Shown here: piece after piece, positions 25,877 through 39,399 of the stretch | Numbering within the stretch: the first letter of the stretch is position 1 | How the letters are laid out: each line of letters opens with the position of its first letter | Assembly: GCA_951406725.2 (NCBI GenBank) | Contig: OX597816.1 | Location: 92,814,001-92,878,000 of the forward strand | Direction of reading: 5' to 3' | Source of the DNA: Octopus vulgaris | Lineage: Eukaryota | DNA length: 64,000 nucleotides | The notes under the pieces: model-generated | What the model saw: only the letters and a program-made list of their open reading frames with translations | Databases searched by the model: none | What the model was told of the DNA's origin: nothing | Made by a program: the position numbers and the translations under genes

Positions 25877-27147
25877 CGAGGGACGTTCAATAAGTAATGC
25901 CCCTGACCCACTTGCATTTGTTTGATCTAGCTGAAATTTTGCATGTGCAATCATTTATATCTCTATAGATTAAGCGGCAAATTACAGCTCTGAACCAATT
26001 GTGGTTTCTGATTTACAGGTGTTTGAACTGAGCCAAGTGTGAAATGGAGCCTGTTGAGTGATCCAGTTTTTGTATTTGAAAGGACGCACACCACGCGAGT
26101 CTTTTGATGAAATGAAAGTAACTTATGGTGATGATGCCCCATGTAAAACGTTGGCATCATGAATTCAAACATGGTCGGAACTCTGTGGAAACAGCTCCCA
26201 GATCTGGTCGCCTCCCTTCTGCCATTGATGAGGCATCTGTCCATCAAGTTGAGGCTGCCATTTTCGAAGATCGACGCACAACTATTCGCCAAATAGCCCA
26301 TGAGGTCAAGATTAGTACCGGGTCTGTGGAAACTATCATTCATGACCATTTGCATATGCAAAAGGTGTCTGCCAGATGAATTCCCAGGTTGCTCACACCT
26401 TTCCAGAAGCAAGAACGTGTCGAGTGCTCAAGGATGAATTTGGAAATGTGCCAAGAAGATGAGTCAAAATTTTCCAAAAGACTGATTACACAGGATGAAA
26501 CCTGGGTCCATCACTATGATCCAGAGACCAAAGCCCAGTTAATGCAGTGGAAGCACCGTGACTCACCTCCTCCAAAGAAGGCAAGAGTGCAGCCCTCCGC
26601 TGGCAAGGTCATGCTCACAGTCATCGGGACCAGGATGAAGTAGTGATGACAGATTTCCTGGCAAAGGGTACCACAATTACAGGAGCCTATTATGCTTCAC
26701 TTTTGAAGAAATTAAGAGAAGCTATCAAAATCAAGAGGCGGAGCAAGATCAGCAAAGGCATCCTCCTCCTGCAGGACAACGCTCCGGTTCACAACTCGCT
26801 TGTCGCCAGATCAGAAGCACAGGCGTGTGGCTATGAACTCCTCCCCCCATCCCCCTACTCGCCTGACTTTGCACCCTCTGATTTTCACCTCTTTCCAGCC
26901 ATGAAGTTGTTTTTGAAAGGAAAGCGTTTCCCAGATGATGCAGCCTTGATTTCTGAAGTCATGTCGTGGTTGGAGGACTAAGCTGGGGTCTTCTACAAAA
27001 ACGGTCTCCAGAGCTGCATCAAACGATGGGAGAAATGCGTAACTCTGGGTGGTTCCTATGTAGAAAAAGACTAATAACTGTGCCAAGTTTCGTTGCTCTA
27101 CTGCTATGGGAAGTGGGTCAAGGGCATTACTTATTGAACGCCCCTCG
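25877..27147 (+). mobile_element. Full-length mariner (DD34D) DNA transposon
   Basis: 37-bp TIRs CGAGGG(A/G)CGTTCAATAAGTAATGCCC(C/T)TGACCCACTT with 2 mismatches. TA lies to the left (25875-76) and TT to the right. Length is 1271 bp. Confidence 0.97.
26044..27074 (+). pseudogene. Disrupted mariner transposase
   Basis: Motifs PRSGR, ITQDETWVHHYDPE, LLQDNAPVH, YSPDFAPSDFHLF (34 residues between the last two catalytic D) and GSYVEKD* are present. In-frame stops at about 26377 and 26979 and frameshifts disrupt it. Confidence 0.95.
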
Positions 27148-27239
27148 TTGTTATATGCATGTTCATGTATGTGTGTATGTATAGGCATAGCCAGTTTGGT
27201 GCCTTAGTGATCGCTCCCAAATCTGATGACTTTTTGCTA

Positions 27240-27860
27240 CATAAGTATTCTTCTATTGCACCAATCTTAACATGGTTCTCAGTATTAGATACCTCTCTTT
27301 TATATCTTTTAAGAAAGGTTAATCACACTTCTGATTTTTTCTAAAATAATAGAGATATAAGGGCTTAAAGGATAATGCATGCCTTACTTTCTTTCAGATT
27401 TGACAACTTTTTGTACCATAAGCATTTCTACAGCACCAATTTTGATGCAATTTGTTGAATTACAGAATAGAATTATCTTGTTTAAATCTTTTAAGAAAGG
27501 TTAACTCTACTAAATTGTTTTATAAAATAACAGAGATATAATGATTTGAATACGATATTAGGCATTACTTGCCTTCTAATTTGGCCGCTTAGGCTTCATA
27601 AGTTTTTTTCTATTACACCAATTTTAGTGAAGTTTATAGAATTAGATTCCTCTCAATGAGATCTTTTAAGATGGTTTAACTATATGAGATTGTTTTTTAA
27701 AGTAACAGAAATATCATGAGATGAATACAATATCAGGCATTATTCCCTTTCTGATTCAACTGCATTTTCCTCGTTGCTTTTTCCTAATGTATCAATATTA
27801 ACGAGTTTAGAACTAAATTCCTCTCATTTAGATCTTTTTTTAAAAGTGTAACTAGAATAA
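27240..27860. repeat. Diverged tandem array, about 3.5 units of 171-182 bp
   Basis: The anchor ATCTTTT(AAG...TAA) occurs at 27304, 27486, 27661 and 27832. Confidence 0.75.
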
Positions 27861-27945
27861 AATATGAAAGAAATAAGGAAACCATACTACTTAGATGTTG
27901 CAATTATGCATCGTTTTCCCATTTTTTAAAACTGATTACATCCTT

Positions 27946-29357
27946 TATCTTTTAATTGTTTCAGTCATTTGACGGCAACCATACTGGGACACCACCTTAA
28001 AGAATTTTAGTCGAACAAATCAACCCCAGAACTTATTATTTGTAGAACCTGGTATTTATTCCATCAGTCTTTTTAATCCAAATCACTAAGTTACGAGGAT
28101 GTAAACACACCAACACCAGTTGTCAAGTGGTAGTAGGAGACAAACAGACACAAAGACACACACACACATGCATGCACGCACACATATGCACACACACACA
28201 CTCATATATATATATATATATATATATAATGCAAAAATGGGACAAGAACGCAAAACATCCATACAATTAGGTGATACAAAAAAGGGATAACAAAACATCT
28301 AGACAGATGAAACAAAGAAAACAAGGACGGGTCATTCAGAATTTTCTTTCCTCATTTGAGTTCCAGACTATCTTTGCAATTTTGGCTGGTTATACTCAAG
28401 ATTGCTCCAATCTGGCCAGCCCCCCAAAAAACTAAGCTAAGAAGATTAGATTCCTTGGAATGAAGCAGCGAATGTATATCAAAACAAGGACAAGAAAAAA
28501 TGGAGAAATGTTACACAAATACAATTGCAAGTAACAGAACATAACAACAGGTGTTTTTCGACTAATGACGAATTAAATTAAGCTGGCGTGTGTGGAAGTA
28601 AAGCCTTACGGCAGGGACATAAGATTTGACTGGTACAGGGGGGAATATAGATGTTGCAGGGATGGTAGTTGAACCAAGAAAGAAAGGCCAGGCTTGACTG
28701 AAGACCGGTCACGTGGGGAGAGAAGAGTGAGAGGTAGAAGCAGGGGATAGAAGAATTAAGGAGGGGCAAGAAAAAATGAAAGGGAAAGAGTGAAGTGAAA
28801 GAGGACGGAAATGATCATGAAGAGAAGGTCAGGAAATGTGAGAGATGGCGAACGAAAGAACAAAGAGTGGAATGAAGGAGGTAAGTGTGGAAGAGCTGAT
28901 AGAAAGAAGGAAAGAATAGAAAGAATAATAGAGTCGTACAAAATTTAGATATACATATACTTACATATAAGAGACCAAAGTGTACATATGCCACTATATT
29001 CTTATATATAAATAATACAAAAATGGAACAAGAACGCAAAACATCCAGACAGTTAGGTGATGCAAAAAAGGGACAGCAAAATATCCAGACAGACGATACA
29101 AAGCAAACAAGGATGGATCATTCGGAGCTTTCTTTCCTCAGTCGAGTTCCAGATTATCTTTGCAATATATATATATATATATATATATATACGACTTTTT
29201 CCTTTCAGTTTCTGTGTTTGTTCCTACCAAATCCACTCAGATGGTTTTTGTCAGCCTGAGGTTATAGTAGAAGATATTTGCCCAAGGCGCTGTGTAGTGG
29301 GACTGAACCCAGAACCATGTTGTTAGGAAGCAAACATTTTACCACATAGCCATGCTT
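27946..29357 (-). mobile_element. SINE family A split by an insertion in its central microsatellite
   Basis: The tail half is at 27946-28200 and the head half at about 29190-29357, matching the two halves of 1261-1663. Confidence 0.8.
28228..29166. mobile_element. Non-coding repeat inserted in (TA)n, with a 153-bp segment present twice (possibly Penelope-like)
   Basis: 28228-28380 and 29014-29166 are diverged direct copies, each preceded by (TA)n, with a purine-rich middle. The Penelope assignment is inference. Confidence 0.55.
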
Positions 29358-31259
29358 GTGTCCCCTAAAGCCATAACCATGATTTTACTTGCATCTAATT
29401 TGGTCTGGAATTAGATTATCTGGACGGTGTGGAAGTGGTTGTGTAAAAGTAAATGTTGACCTTAAGAATATTATTCAACCACAGCCATTTGTGAATGGTA
29501 TAGATAACTTGAAACTAGATACTTTGTTTCTAACTTATAACACAATTACAATGGTTCTTTCAAGTTTTTGGAATTCTCTGCAAGAAAAATTCTTTCATTA
29601 TCTAATTAATGTATATAAGTGGAACTATTATAATATTTTATATGTACATAGATACACACACACATGCACACCCCACTGCCACCACTGCTACGGCCACTGC
29701 CACCACCACTGCACCACTGTCGATGCCATCGCCACCTCCACCACTGCAGGACTGTTTTCCATGGTTGCATGGTTTGACCTGAGTTGGCCTGTCAGAGAAC
29801 TGTGCCATACTCTATTGTTTGTCTTGGCATAGTTTCTGTGGTTGAATGCCCTGCCTGACACTGAATGCTTTACAAAGTGTATTGGATGCCTTTTTCATGG
29901 CACCATCACTTGTGGGGGTGGGGTGTCACCAAGTACATTTGTAAGACAAAGTCACCTTGACTTGGGGGACAGGTATTCAAGGAGATGGCTTTGTGCCAGT
30001 TGGTGAGCTGCTAAAAGAATAGAGAATAATGGAAACAATTCAAGGATAGTCCAGTTGGAAAAGAAGGGAGAGAAAAAGAAACTGAGGGAGAAAGACAGAG
30101 AGGGGGAGAGTGAGAGAGATGATTGCGGATATGTGTCAGGGACATCCTCAAGATACAGTTAGGAATGAATATAGGTGGACTGAAACAGAGGCTTGGACTG
30201 GGCGAATGAACAGGGGGATATGTGTGTGTGTGTATGTATTATCCCATGTTTTTACAAATTGCCACCTATTGCCTCCTCTTCCCTGATCAACTGACCCACT
30301 CCTATATATATACAAATATATATATATAAGCAAAAATTTAGATTCAGATGAAAATGGTACTTAAGTTGAGGCACCAGAATTTAGTACAGTATTATCCTGT
30401 GCATATGTGTGTGTGTATAGACATGCATCTGATGAAATGGATGTCATATGCACCTACAAAATTTTAAGTCCTGTGGAGCAGTGTCAAACTTATTAAATGC
30501 AACCAAATGTGTTGAGGGCAGTTTTTGTTTTTCATTTATTCACACAGAAAAAAGCATTTGGGTTGGCATACTCAACTAAAATCCTCTACTGTGCCCCAAT
30601 ATAGCTACAGACATATGACTGAAGCCAATAATAAATTAAAAGACAATATGAGAGGGTTACAGTCACTACCTTTATATTCTGAGCTATTACTGCTATTTAT
30701 TTCATTATATAATATTTATGAAATGATTTGATATTATGAACAAAAAATTATAAATAACAGAATAGGCCACTACTAATATATTGCAGTATATTTAAAACAA
30801 AAATAGTCCACTTTATTTGTTTAGTTTAGATTGATATCTGAAGTTATTGTTTTTTAATAAAGTTATTTCTTAATACTACAGAAGTTTGTGTAAATTAATT
30901 TACCCCTTCAAAGGAAAACTTTAGCTGCAGCAATTTAAAATACCTTCATCTTCAGCTTAATTTAAATAAATATTTGCATTTAAAAGACAAAATGAAACAA
31001 GTAAGTCTACATTTTCCACACACCCACTCTCACTCCATTCTATAGCAGAAATGAGAAAAACACCCCCACCAAAAAAAAAAAAACATTTTATGAAATATAA
31101 ACCAAAAATGATAGTTAATAGAAACAAAAAAGAATTATTTTTCCGTTATATCTTTGTATATGGTCAGTCAGTATTGGAATGTACTATGCACATCTAACAA
31201 TTATTGCTATCAGTCACTAAATAAGTATTATTATATGTGCTTTTATGTATCTGTCTATA

Positions 31260-31345
31260 ACCATTCTCCAAGCCACAATTACAGGAGGGCAAAGAAGAGA
31301 CAAGCAAAGCAAGTCCAAGTCTGATAATATCAAGTTATATCTGTT
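31260..31345 (+). mobile_element. Short LINE C-terminal relic (RTE-like)
   Basis: Reads ILQATITGGQRRDKQSKSKSDNIK, resembling ILQGTxEGxRxRGRxRKxWxDNIK. Confidence 0.5.
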
Positions 31346-31706
31346 TGAAGAAAACAAGGACAGCAATGATTGCTGACTATCAGAGTATCCAGAATGCTGT
31401 GACACCTCTGTTAAGGAATAAAGAAAGAAGGGAATTTCTCTATTCATATTTATTTACCTATTATAATTCTTTCTTGTAGGTTGGAGCTGGTTTCTAATAA
31501 AGAAACACAGCTTCATCACTAGAATTTCAATATTAACAATGATAAGTGTTTTATGCTGAGTTTCAGAAAAATCTTGCAAATTTTTACTTTCCCACTTACA
31601 AATTTTGCTTGTCAAGTACATGTTAGCTGGTCTCTTTCTTTGTCTGAAAACCTAGCTTTTCCAGATTATCTTGTAGGCATTTACTAAAATAATTATCTGC
31701 ACCAGT

Positions 31707-32219
31707 TTAGTTGTGACCCCCTTTAATCACGAATGACCATGGGATTGCACCTAGAAAGTTACCCTCCGAGGCACAAGTCTGGGCAAGGTTGTTTATGGAA
31801 GACCAGCAGTTGCCCATGCATACAAACCTCCCCTCTCCACGCCACCAATGTTATCCAAGGGAAAGGCAAAGGCACATACAACTTGGCACCAGTGACATTG
31901 CAGCTCATTTATTAACATGCAAGTGGCTGAGCACTCCACAGACACGTGTACCCTTAACATAGTTCTCAGGGAGATTCAGCATGACACAGAGTGTGACAAG
32001 GCTGGCCCTTTGAAATACAGGTACAATAGAAACAGGAAGAAAGAGCTTGAAAAAGTTGTGGTGAAAGAGTACAGCAGAGTTCCCCCCCTCTGCTGTAGCC
32101 TTGTGGAGCTTTAGGTGTTTTTGCTCAATAAACACTCACAATGCCCAGTCTGGGAAGCGAAACCATGATCCTACGGTCGCGATTCTGCTGCCCTAACCAC
32201 TAGGCCATTGCACCTCCAC
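31707..32219 (-). mobile_element. Full-length tRNA-headed SINE, family D, with a 12-bp target-site duplication
   Basis: A box TGGCCTAGTGG and B-box-like GGTTTCGCTTCC lie on the minus strand. The TSD ATCTGCACCAGT occurs at 31695-31706 and 32220-32231. The central domain is shared with 52170-52490 and 53150-53415. Confidence 0.9.
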
Positions 32220-32502
32220 ATCTGCACCAGTAATTACTTAGATAAATGTTAATTTATAATCAGGTTAGTGTGGTTTTCAGGTTTCAAAGCAGTTGTTCAT
32301 AAATATTCTTCTTGATTATTTTGGAAGATATATTCACATCTGCAGGGCAGCTGATGTCTAGGACTATGTGTGATTTTTTTTTCTCAAATAACTATATAAG
32401 GCAGATTCTTTGCACTTGAAAGGAGTTTTGTAGAATATCGCACAAATATTCCTTGAATTTGTTGTTTGTTTGTTTGTTTGTTTGCATGCATGTATTGTGT
32501 CA

Positions 32503-32603
32503 TTATTCAGTTTTATTTCAAGATTTCCTGCCAATAGCAAAAGAGCTGGTTTCTAACCTAGATCCATGGCTCCTTCATTAGAATTTCAACATCAACAACA
32601 GGC
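32503..32603 (-). mobile_element. 3' UTR fragment of the RLE LINE family seen at 45866-46308
   Basis: Reverse complement of 46207-46306 (TTCAGTTTTATTTCAAGA...CTAGAT...GAATTTC), adjacent to a (TGTA)n-type array. Confidence 0.75.
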
Positions 32604-33429
32604 TGTGTATGTTTGTATGTATGAATATATGTATGTGTTTATGTGTGAGTGTATGTGTGTGTGAATGTATTTATGAATGTATGTATACATGCATGTATGT
32701 ATGTGTGTGTGATTGCAAGAATGCATGTATGTATGTATCTGTGCGTATGTGTGCGTGATTTTATGTATGTAAGTATGTATGCATGCATGTATGTATGGAT
32801 CCATCCATCCATCCATCCATTAATTAACAGGTGCGTTGTCCATATTTATATATAAGACATGTTTTCTATGGAATAAGATAAATACCAGTTGAGTAGAGGA
32901 GTCAATATAATCGATTTACCCTGTGCCCTAACTTGCTGTCTTTGAAACCATTATTATCATCCGCCCCAAGTTTACAGGTCACATGCCCATATATAACCTT
33001 TTTATGGTATGCAAAGTGTTTCTCTTCCAAGTCTTGCTATGATATGCTGGTCTTGCATTTCTGTGCTCACATATGAGGTCATCAAAAAATAGATATTTTC
33101 TTGCTGAGGTCACCACCAGTCCATAGAATATATTCACTTCACTTTTGAGCACTCATATTTATTTTTGCTATTGCTCTTTGGTATATCATATAGTACTCAA
33201 AGCTGTTTGTACTGGTCTTAAGCTCTTCTTCTCTTTTATTTTCTAAGATAGTTTGTCAATATCACTGTTTGTGTGTAAGTTTACAGTTCGCTAAAAGACA
33301 AATCTTTTTGAGTTCAGAGAGTAAATACGTGGTTGAGTTGATGTGCTATGCTTGAGTTGGTGTAGGGAGAAGGATATTCGATTACATCAACCATAGTGCG
33401 TAACTGGTACTTATTTAATCGACCCCTAA

Positions 33430-35590
33430 AAATGCTTCTGACATAAATTTCACAGACACAATTGACATTTTATGTAGGATATTTAGTGAGAAAACATTGT
33501 TACTCAACACACATTGCATGTGTTTGAACACAGAAAAGCAACGACGAAGACTTTACCATATATGCAGGTAGAATGAACAAAGAGTGCTAGAGATTTAAAC
33601 TGGATAAACGAACTCCAGTCTCGTTCATGTGCCTGATTTTGGGGACGCAGAAGTCAGAACGAAAATTCTCACATAGCTGGAGATGAACCAGGATATAACT
33701 CTCCAGAAACTGAAGAGTGATATTAAAGTAAGCCACGACACAGAAAAGAAAAACGCAGAGATTGTTTACAGATAAAAGAGGTGTCGAAGAGTCAGAAGGC
33801 AGGTTAAGTATTTCACAAAATTCACGATAAAAAGTAGGAGATAAACCCCTGTATTGCTTGCGGTGGTAGACACCTGAAAAAAGAGTGTTCGTTCAAAAAA
33901 ACAAAGTGTTTTCATTGTGGGTATATAGAACACATTAAACCGAATTGCAGAACTAAGATGACAAAAAATTGGACTAAACGAGAAAAAAAAGAATAGTTTG
34001 TCATCAGAGAAAAAAAAAGTTTGTACAACGAACAGAAAATTTATAAAGGTGTGAATCGAAACCACTAGTGTCAAAATGCAATTAGACACAGGTAGTGGCA
34101 TCACTACCATAAATGAAGGAACTTGGCGACAAATCGCTAAGTCGAAATTATTTAAATCAAATAAAGTAGCATATGGTGTTACAGGAAAGAAATTATATTT
34201 TATTGGCGTATATATTTGCAATGTAACTTTACGAGATGAAACGAAAAGGACAATAATTTATATGTTGAAAAAAATTACTAAACCTATTTGGCACAAAATG
34301 CATGGAATTATTTAAAATGTGGATAGCCCCATTAGTGTTCTCTGTGAAAATGTAGTCGGCATAGTTAAAATTTCGAACTGAGACAAAAAAATTAAAAAAT
34401 TGTTTCCAAATGTTTTTTTTAAAGTATTAGGCTGTTGCACTAAAACAAAAGCGAGGATCGCGGTTAAAGAAAAGGCGATGCGTGTTTTTAGGTTCAAATG
34501 GAACGTACGTTTGCGGTGTGGGACCAGGTCAATAAAGAGCTAGAAAGACTAGAAAGTCTAGCTATAATTGAAAAAGTCGGCCATTCAAACTGGGAAGCTC
34601 TGACATGTAAAAAAAAAAAAGTAATAAAGTGAGAGTGAGCAGACTTTTCCACTGGATTAAAAGACTTTTATTGAACATAATTATCCATTACCAAGCCCAG
34701 AAGTTTTCTCAAAACTTTTCCTTCATTTAGAGGAAAACTTTTTCTTGAAGTTAGACCTCTTGGGGAGCTATCTATAGATACAGGTAGAGGAAGATTGCAC
34801 ACACTTTTTAACAATCAACACACACCGTGGATTGTATAAATTCAAGCGGCTTCCTTTTGGAGTAAAAGTGGCAACTGCCATATTCCAGCAAGTGATGAAG
34901 CAATGTTAAATGACTGCAACTTCACTATCACTTATCTCCATGATATTTTGATAAAGAGTGAGTCAGTAGAGCAACACTTCGAACATATTAAAAAAGTATT
35001 CGGAAAAATAGATGAACACAGGTTTAGACTGACAGAGGAAAAGAATGAATTTTTGATGAAAAAAATCAAATATTTATGTAAGTAATTGACAAAAGGGGAC
35101 GAAGGCCAGACCCATCAAGGGCAATGATGGCAATATGGAGTATGCCTCCCCCAACAAACGTCAAATTATTACAAGTATTTTTAGGTTTGGTAAATTACTA
35201 TCAAGTATATATTCTAAACGTACAAAACACAAGGGCTCCATTAAACGAGCTGTTAAAAAGGGATGCCAAATGGTTTTGGTCAAAATATGCCAGAAGGCAT
35301 TTGAGGAACTAAAAAGCAGGTTAACTTCAGACTTGTCGCTTACACACTTCAATCCGAAGTTGGAAACGATACAGGCAACAGATGCTGGTGAATACAAGGT
35401 AAGTTCCGTACACCTACACAAAGCTGAAGATGGCAGCCAAAAAGTTATAGGTCACGTGTCAAGGACGCTATTGCCAGCAAAAAAGAATTATAGCTAAATT
35501 GAAAAAGAGGCATTGGTGATTATATTTGACATAAAAAAGTTTCACAGATTTATACATGGTTGACTGTTTAGACTACAAACAGACCATTAT
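33430..35590 (+). mobile_element. Decayed Ty3/Gypsy LTR retrotransposon gag-pol fragment
   Basis: Knuckle relic CFHCGYIEH, protease MQLDTGSGITTI (34076), RT YKFKRLPFGVK and YLHDILI, FLGLVNYY, and RNase H TDAGEY...HVSRTLLPAKKNYS*IEKEAL...TDH. Domain order is PR-RT-RH with many stops. I saw no integrase or LTRs. Confidence 0.92.
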
Positions 35591-38500
35591 CAAAGAAAGA
35601 ATGCTGCTCCAGGAGCTGCTTTTCAAGTCTTATGATGTTATCAGCCTCATGTATGTAAACTTGGTCAAGGGATGCGCTTCAACACTTGGTGGTTAATAGA
35701 TGTTGCTGAAGGGATATAATACAACATTCAAAGGCATTCTGGATCAATGATGAGTCTTTGCCACCCTGTTTTTATTAGGTAGAGGTAGTCTGCATCATGG
35801 GTGGATGGATGGAGGGACGGATGGAGGGACAGACATTTGGATGGATGGATGGATTATTGTGTGCATGTATGTACGCATTTTTATTATTTTGTTTTCTTAC
35901 ATGTCTGCTAATCTTGTTTTTATATGACCCTTCTATTACATTTTGTTTATAAGTAACTGGTTTTGTTTTACCATTATAATCACCCCAGCTCACCCAGAAT
36001 AAATTAAAGTAACTTCCTAAATATATCAAAATCTAAATACTTGAAAACAGAGTTACTTCATTTTTCATTAAAAACATAATTGAACTTCTTAACTTTAATA
36101 GTTTCTGAGATATTCAAGCAAGCAGCAGTATAAAAACTAAAGTACCTAATATTTTAGTGGCTGGATAATTTGGAGAGATTTGAATGGAAGAAATGCTAGC
36201 AGTTAATCAAAATAAATTTAATTATTACAATAAAATTAACAAACATATCAGTTGAAATCACTTTAACTAAAGTAATTTCTAACCCCACCCCTATCTTGTC
36301 AGTTACATGGAAGTTTAAATCATGCTCATTGATATTTCCTTTTAGTAAAAACTAAAAAAGAAATAGAAAAAGCACAAGTTAGTTTAAAATAATGCAAAGC
36401 AATATAAACACGTCAGACTATCTCAAAGTAGTTAAATAATACTGTTTAACTGAAACGCATATCTCTATGCATAACAGAATGCTCTGATAAATATAATGTT
36501 TCCCAAAGGAGATAAAAACAGAGAGAGAAAGTAACCACATTATATATAAATAATAACAGCATTATGTTATACACTTATGATAAAGAGAATGGAACTTCTA
36601 CTACATCACACAGACTTAGTATTATAGAATAAAAATATTGTAAACTGATTGTTACAAAAATATTCCCCATAACTAATAGATTGAACAAAAATAAATTGCA
36701 AGAACTATGACACATAAGCAAAAAAGAAAAACCCGAATAATGATCATGGTGGTGGTGGTGGTGATGATAATGATGATGATGAAGATGATGATGCTAACAA
36801 TGATGATGATGACGATGATGATGATGATAATTGGAGTCAATGAGATAAGGCCATAGTTAAAAACAAAAGATAAGTTATATCATTACAAATAATTTAGAAA
36901 TATGGGTAAGTTATTTTGACTAAACCATAATCATATGGATCAGAGCAACAACAACTTAAATAATCTAAACTGTATGATGTTGAAAAAGTCCAAATTAAAA
37001 AAAAAATAAAATGATAAAATGATTTTAAAAAAAAGGGGGCGTTACTGGTAACAAAATCAAGTGAGATGGAATGGAAAAAATATTTACTACAAAGAAAATC
37101 AATAAAATGCTGTTGAGAACAATAGCAAATTATTGTTACCTTGAAGATATCTTCAGTAAAAAAAAGAAGAAACTGATTTATGTAATCTAAATCAAATGAT
37201 ATATATTTAGTAGGCAATGTGTTATAAAAAATAAGATGGATAAAAATCTTTGAATGAAAAATCTATCTCACAAAATAAATACATGGATAAAATTTTGAAA
37301 AATGATCATGACATAAATATACATTTTAAAGAGAGGAAGAAGTACATAACACCTCGAGACATTCTGTGTCATAAGTCATTAACACAGTCTTCTAACAGAC
37401 AGAAACGTCCTTTTCCTGTCACCAAAAATGACATGACTCGGTGTAAATATCTAAAATGATATCAAATACTGGTGTATTACATCTTTAATTGATATATTAT
37501 TGGCTATCAGTAGCAGTAATTTGATGATCAGTTAAAGGTATTTTAATAACATTTTTTTGCTTTTCTTTATTTAATCTGTAACTTATACAACTGGAAAAAT
37601 GTGATCTCTTTCATTCTTAGAAAATTAACAAAGAAAAAAAAATGCTTATCAGCTGACTAGAGCTACTTTCCTCATGACTTATTAATATTGATGATACTTT
37701 CATCATTATATTTCCAATGCACTGAATATCTTCAGTGCACTTAATGTTTTCAGCACACTGAACACTTTGAGTGCACTCAACATTTTCAGAAAAATTGATA
37801 TTTTCAGTGCACAGAGAATATGAGTGCACTTCTCCAATGAACTAGATTATATTTTAAATGGTTGACCTTCAAAGAAGTTCTAAGCATGCACAATGTTTTA
37901 CTTGAAATCCTAGTTTATATGGATCATTTCATTTCCCTTGCTAGTTAAGTCCACTGTTTTAAAGAACAACCAGATCACTGTCACAACTATGAACATCACT
38001 GACAACATTAGTTTCATGTATTTGAACAGTCCTCTAAATTTCAGATCAGCTTGTTTAAAATTACTTATATAATATGGACCTGTATTTGATTAAGCATACC
38101 TAGCACGAGACTTGAAACTTACTTGCTACAGTGAAATAGAAAGCAATTTTATTCAACTAAAATTATTATTTTTATGTAGTTACAGAATATTAGATATGTA
38201 GAGGAGACTAAAAAGCTGACACGCCATAATTTATACAATACATAGCAATAAACTCATATCTCAATGTAATCTTTGTTACTGTTAAAGGAATACTAACAAG
38301 GTAATGTTTGATGTTATTAAAGAAATATATGGTAAACATTGAAACGTTTCAAATGTGCTAGCTTCTTCATATATTTATATTGACAAAAGAGAAGGAAAAC
38401 TGTCATTGATTTTTTAGTAGAAATCAAATATTGAAGAATAAGATGTAATGTATTTTTTAGCAAACAGAATTAGAATGATTGCTTATGATACTGCTTTTGT

Positions 38501-39399
38501 GAATCATCACAGAATGATAAAAGGTAAATACACACAGAAAAATCAATTATGAAGCATAAAGATCTATTGAATGCCAACTCATTTCTCTTTGCTGAAACAT
38601 TGCCCTGTATTGTCATTATAATTTTCCATAAACACATCAAGCTTTGCAGAGTTCTATCACCAATTAGGAAAACTAACGTAAGTTATCAATTAGAGCAATT
38701 AAGAGAAGATATTGATAAATGCATATAATTGTACCTTTTTGATGCCATTTTTTAGGGTGAGCAACATTTGATTAGGAAACTGCAATGATTTTTGCATTAC
38801 CTGCTTCAGGGAAACAACTGGAAAGTTTTGTAGGAAGTAGAATACCTGTACCATAGCTTTTCTCTTCTGTACAAAATAATGGTAGTTGTGTATCTTTACT
38901 TGTTAACATGTTCAAACATTAGGATCAACAAAAAAATATCATCTTTGTTCACATGATCCATATTGATTTTCAAACAAAGATAAGAAATTTTATTAATTTT
39001 TTTCATATTGCCAAAGCCTGGATCATGGAATTACTTGTATCATACTTCTAGCATGGTACTCTCTTAATTACTGTTAGGCCTCATGAGATAAAAACAGAAC
39101 TTTTATTCCTGAATATGGTGAAAGTTTGTTAAGTAAAGTACATGTATACACTTATTCATATATTTTGTGCATATTAGCTAAAGGGTTAGATGTTAACTAT
39201 TTCACACAAATTAAGGATATTAACGAAGGCTAGTTCCTTTATTCTTATCTAATTCTGCTCTATTTTTCATCTAACAAGAAGCATTACAAAGTCAAATTAA
39301 GCTTAATTTTTATAGTGATGAACTTATGAAAGATATTCCAATAGAACTTCTCAGTCAAGTTGATCATTATCTTTTAAACAAGTATATAAATGTATCTGA

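Noticed and set aside
26044-27074. Domesticated SETMAR-like gene
   Set aside because: The transposase has stops and frameshifts, both TIRs are retained, and no SET domain exon is visible.
30330-30480. Two degenerate hammerhead-like strings (CAGATGA...GAAT and CTGATGA...CAAAA)
   Set aside because: Core positions are altered and I could not form stem I in either.
32130-32219. tRNA gene candidate, and similar heads at 1590-1663 and 5300-5375
   Set aside because: A and B boxes are present, but there is no complete cloverleaf and the sequence continues into a SINE body with a TSD.
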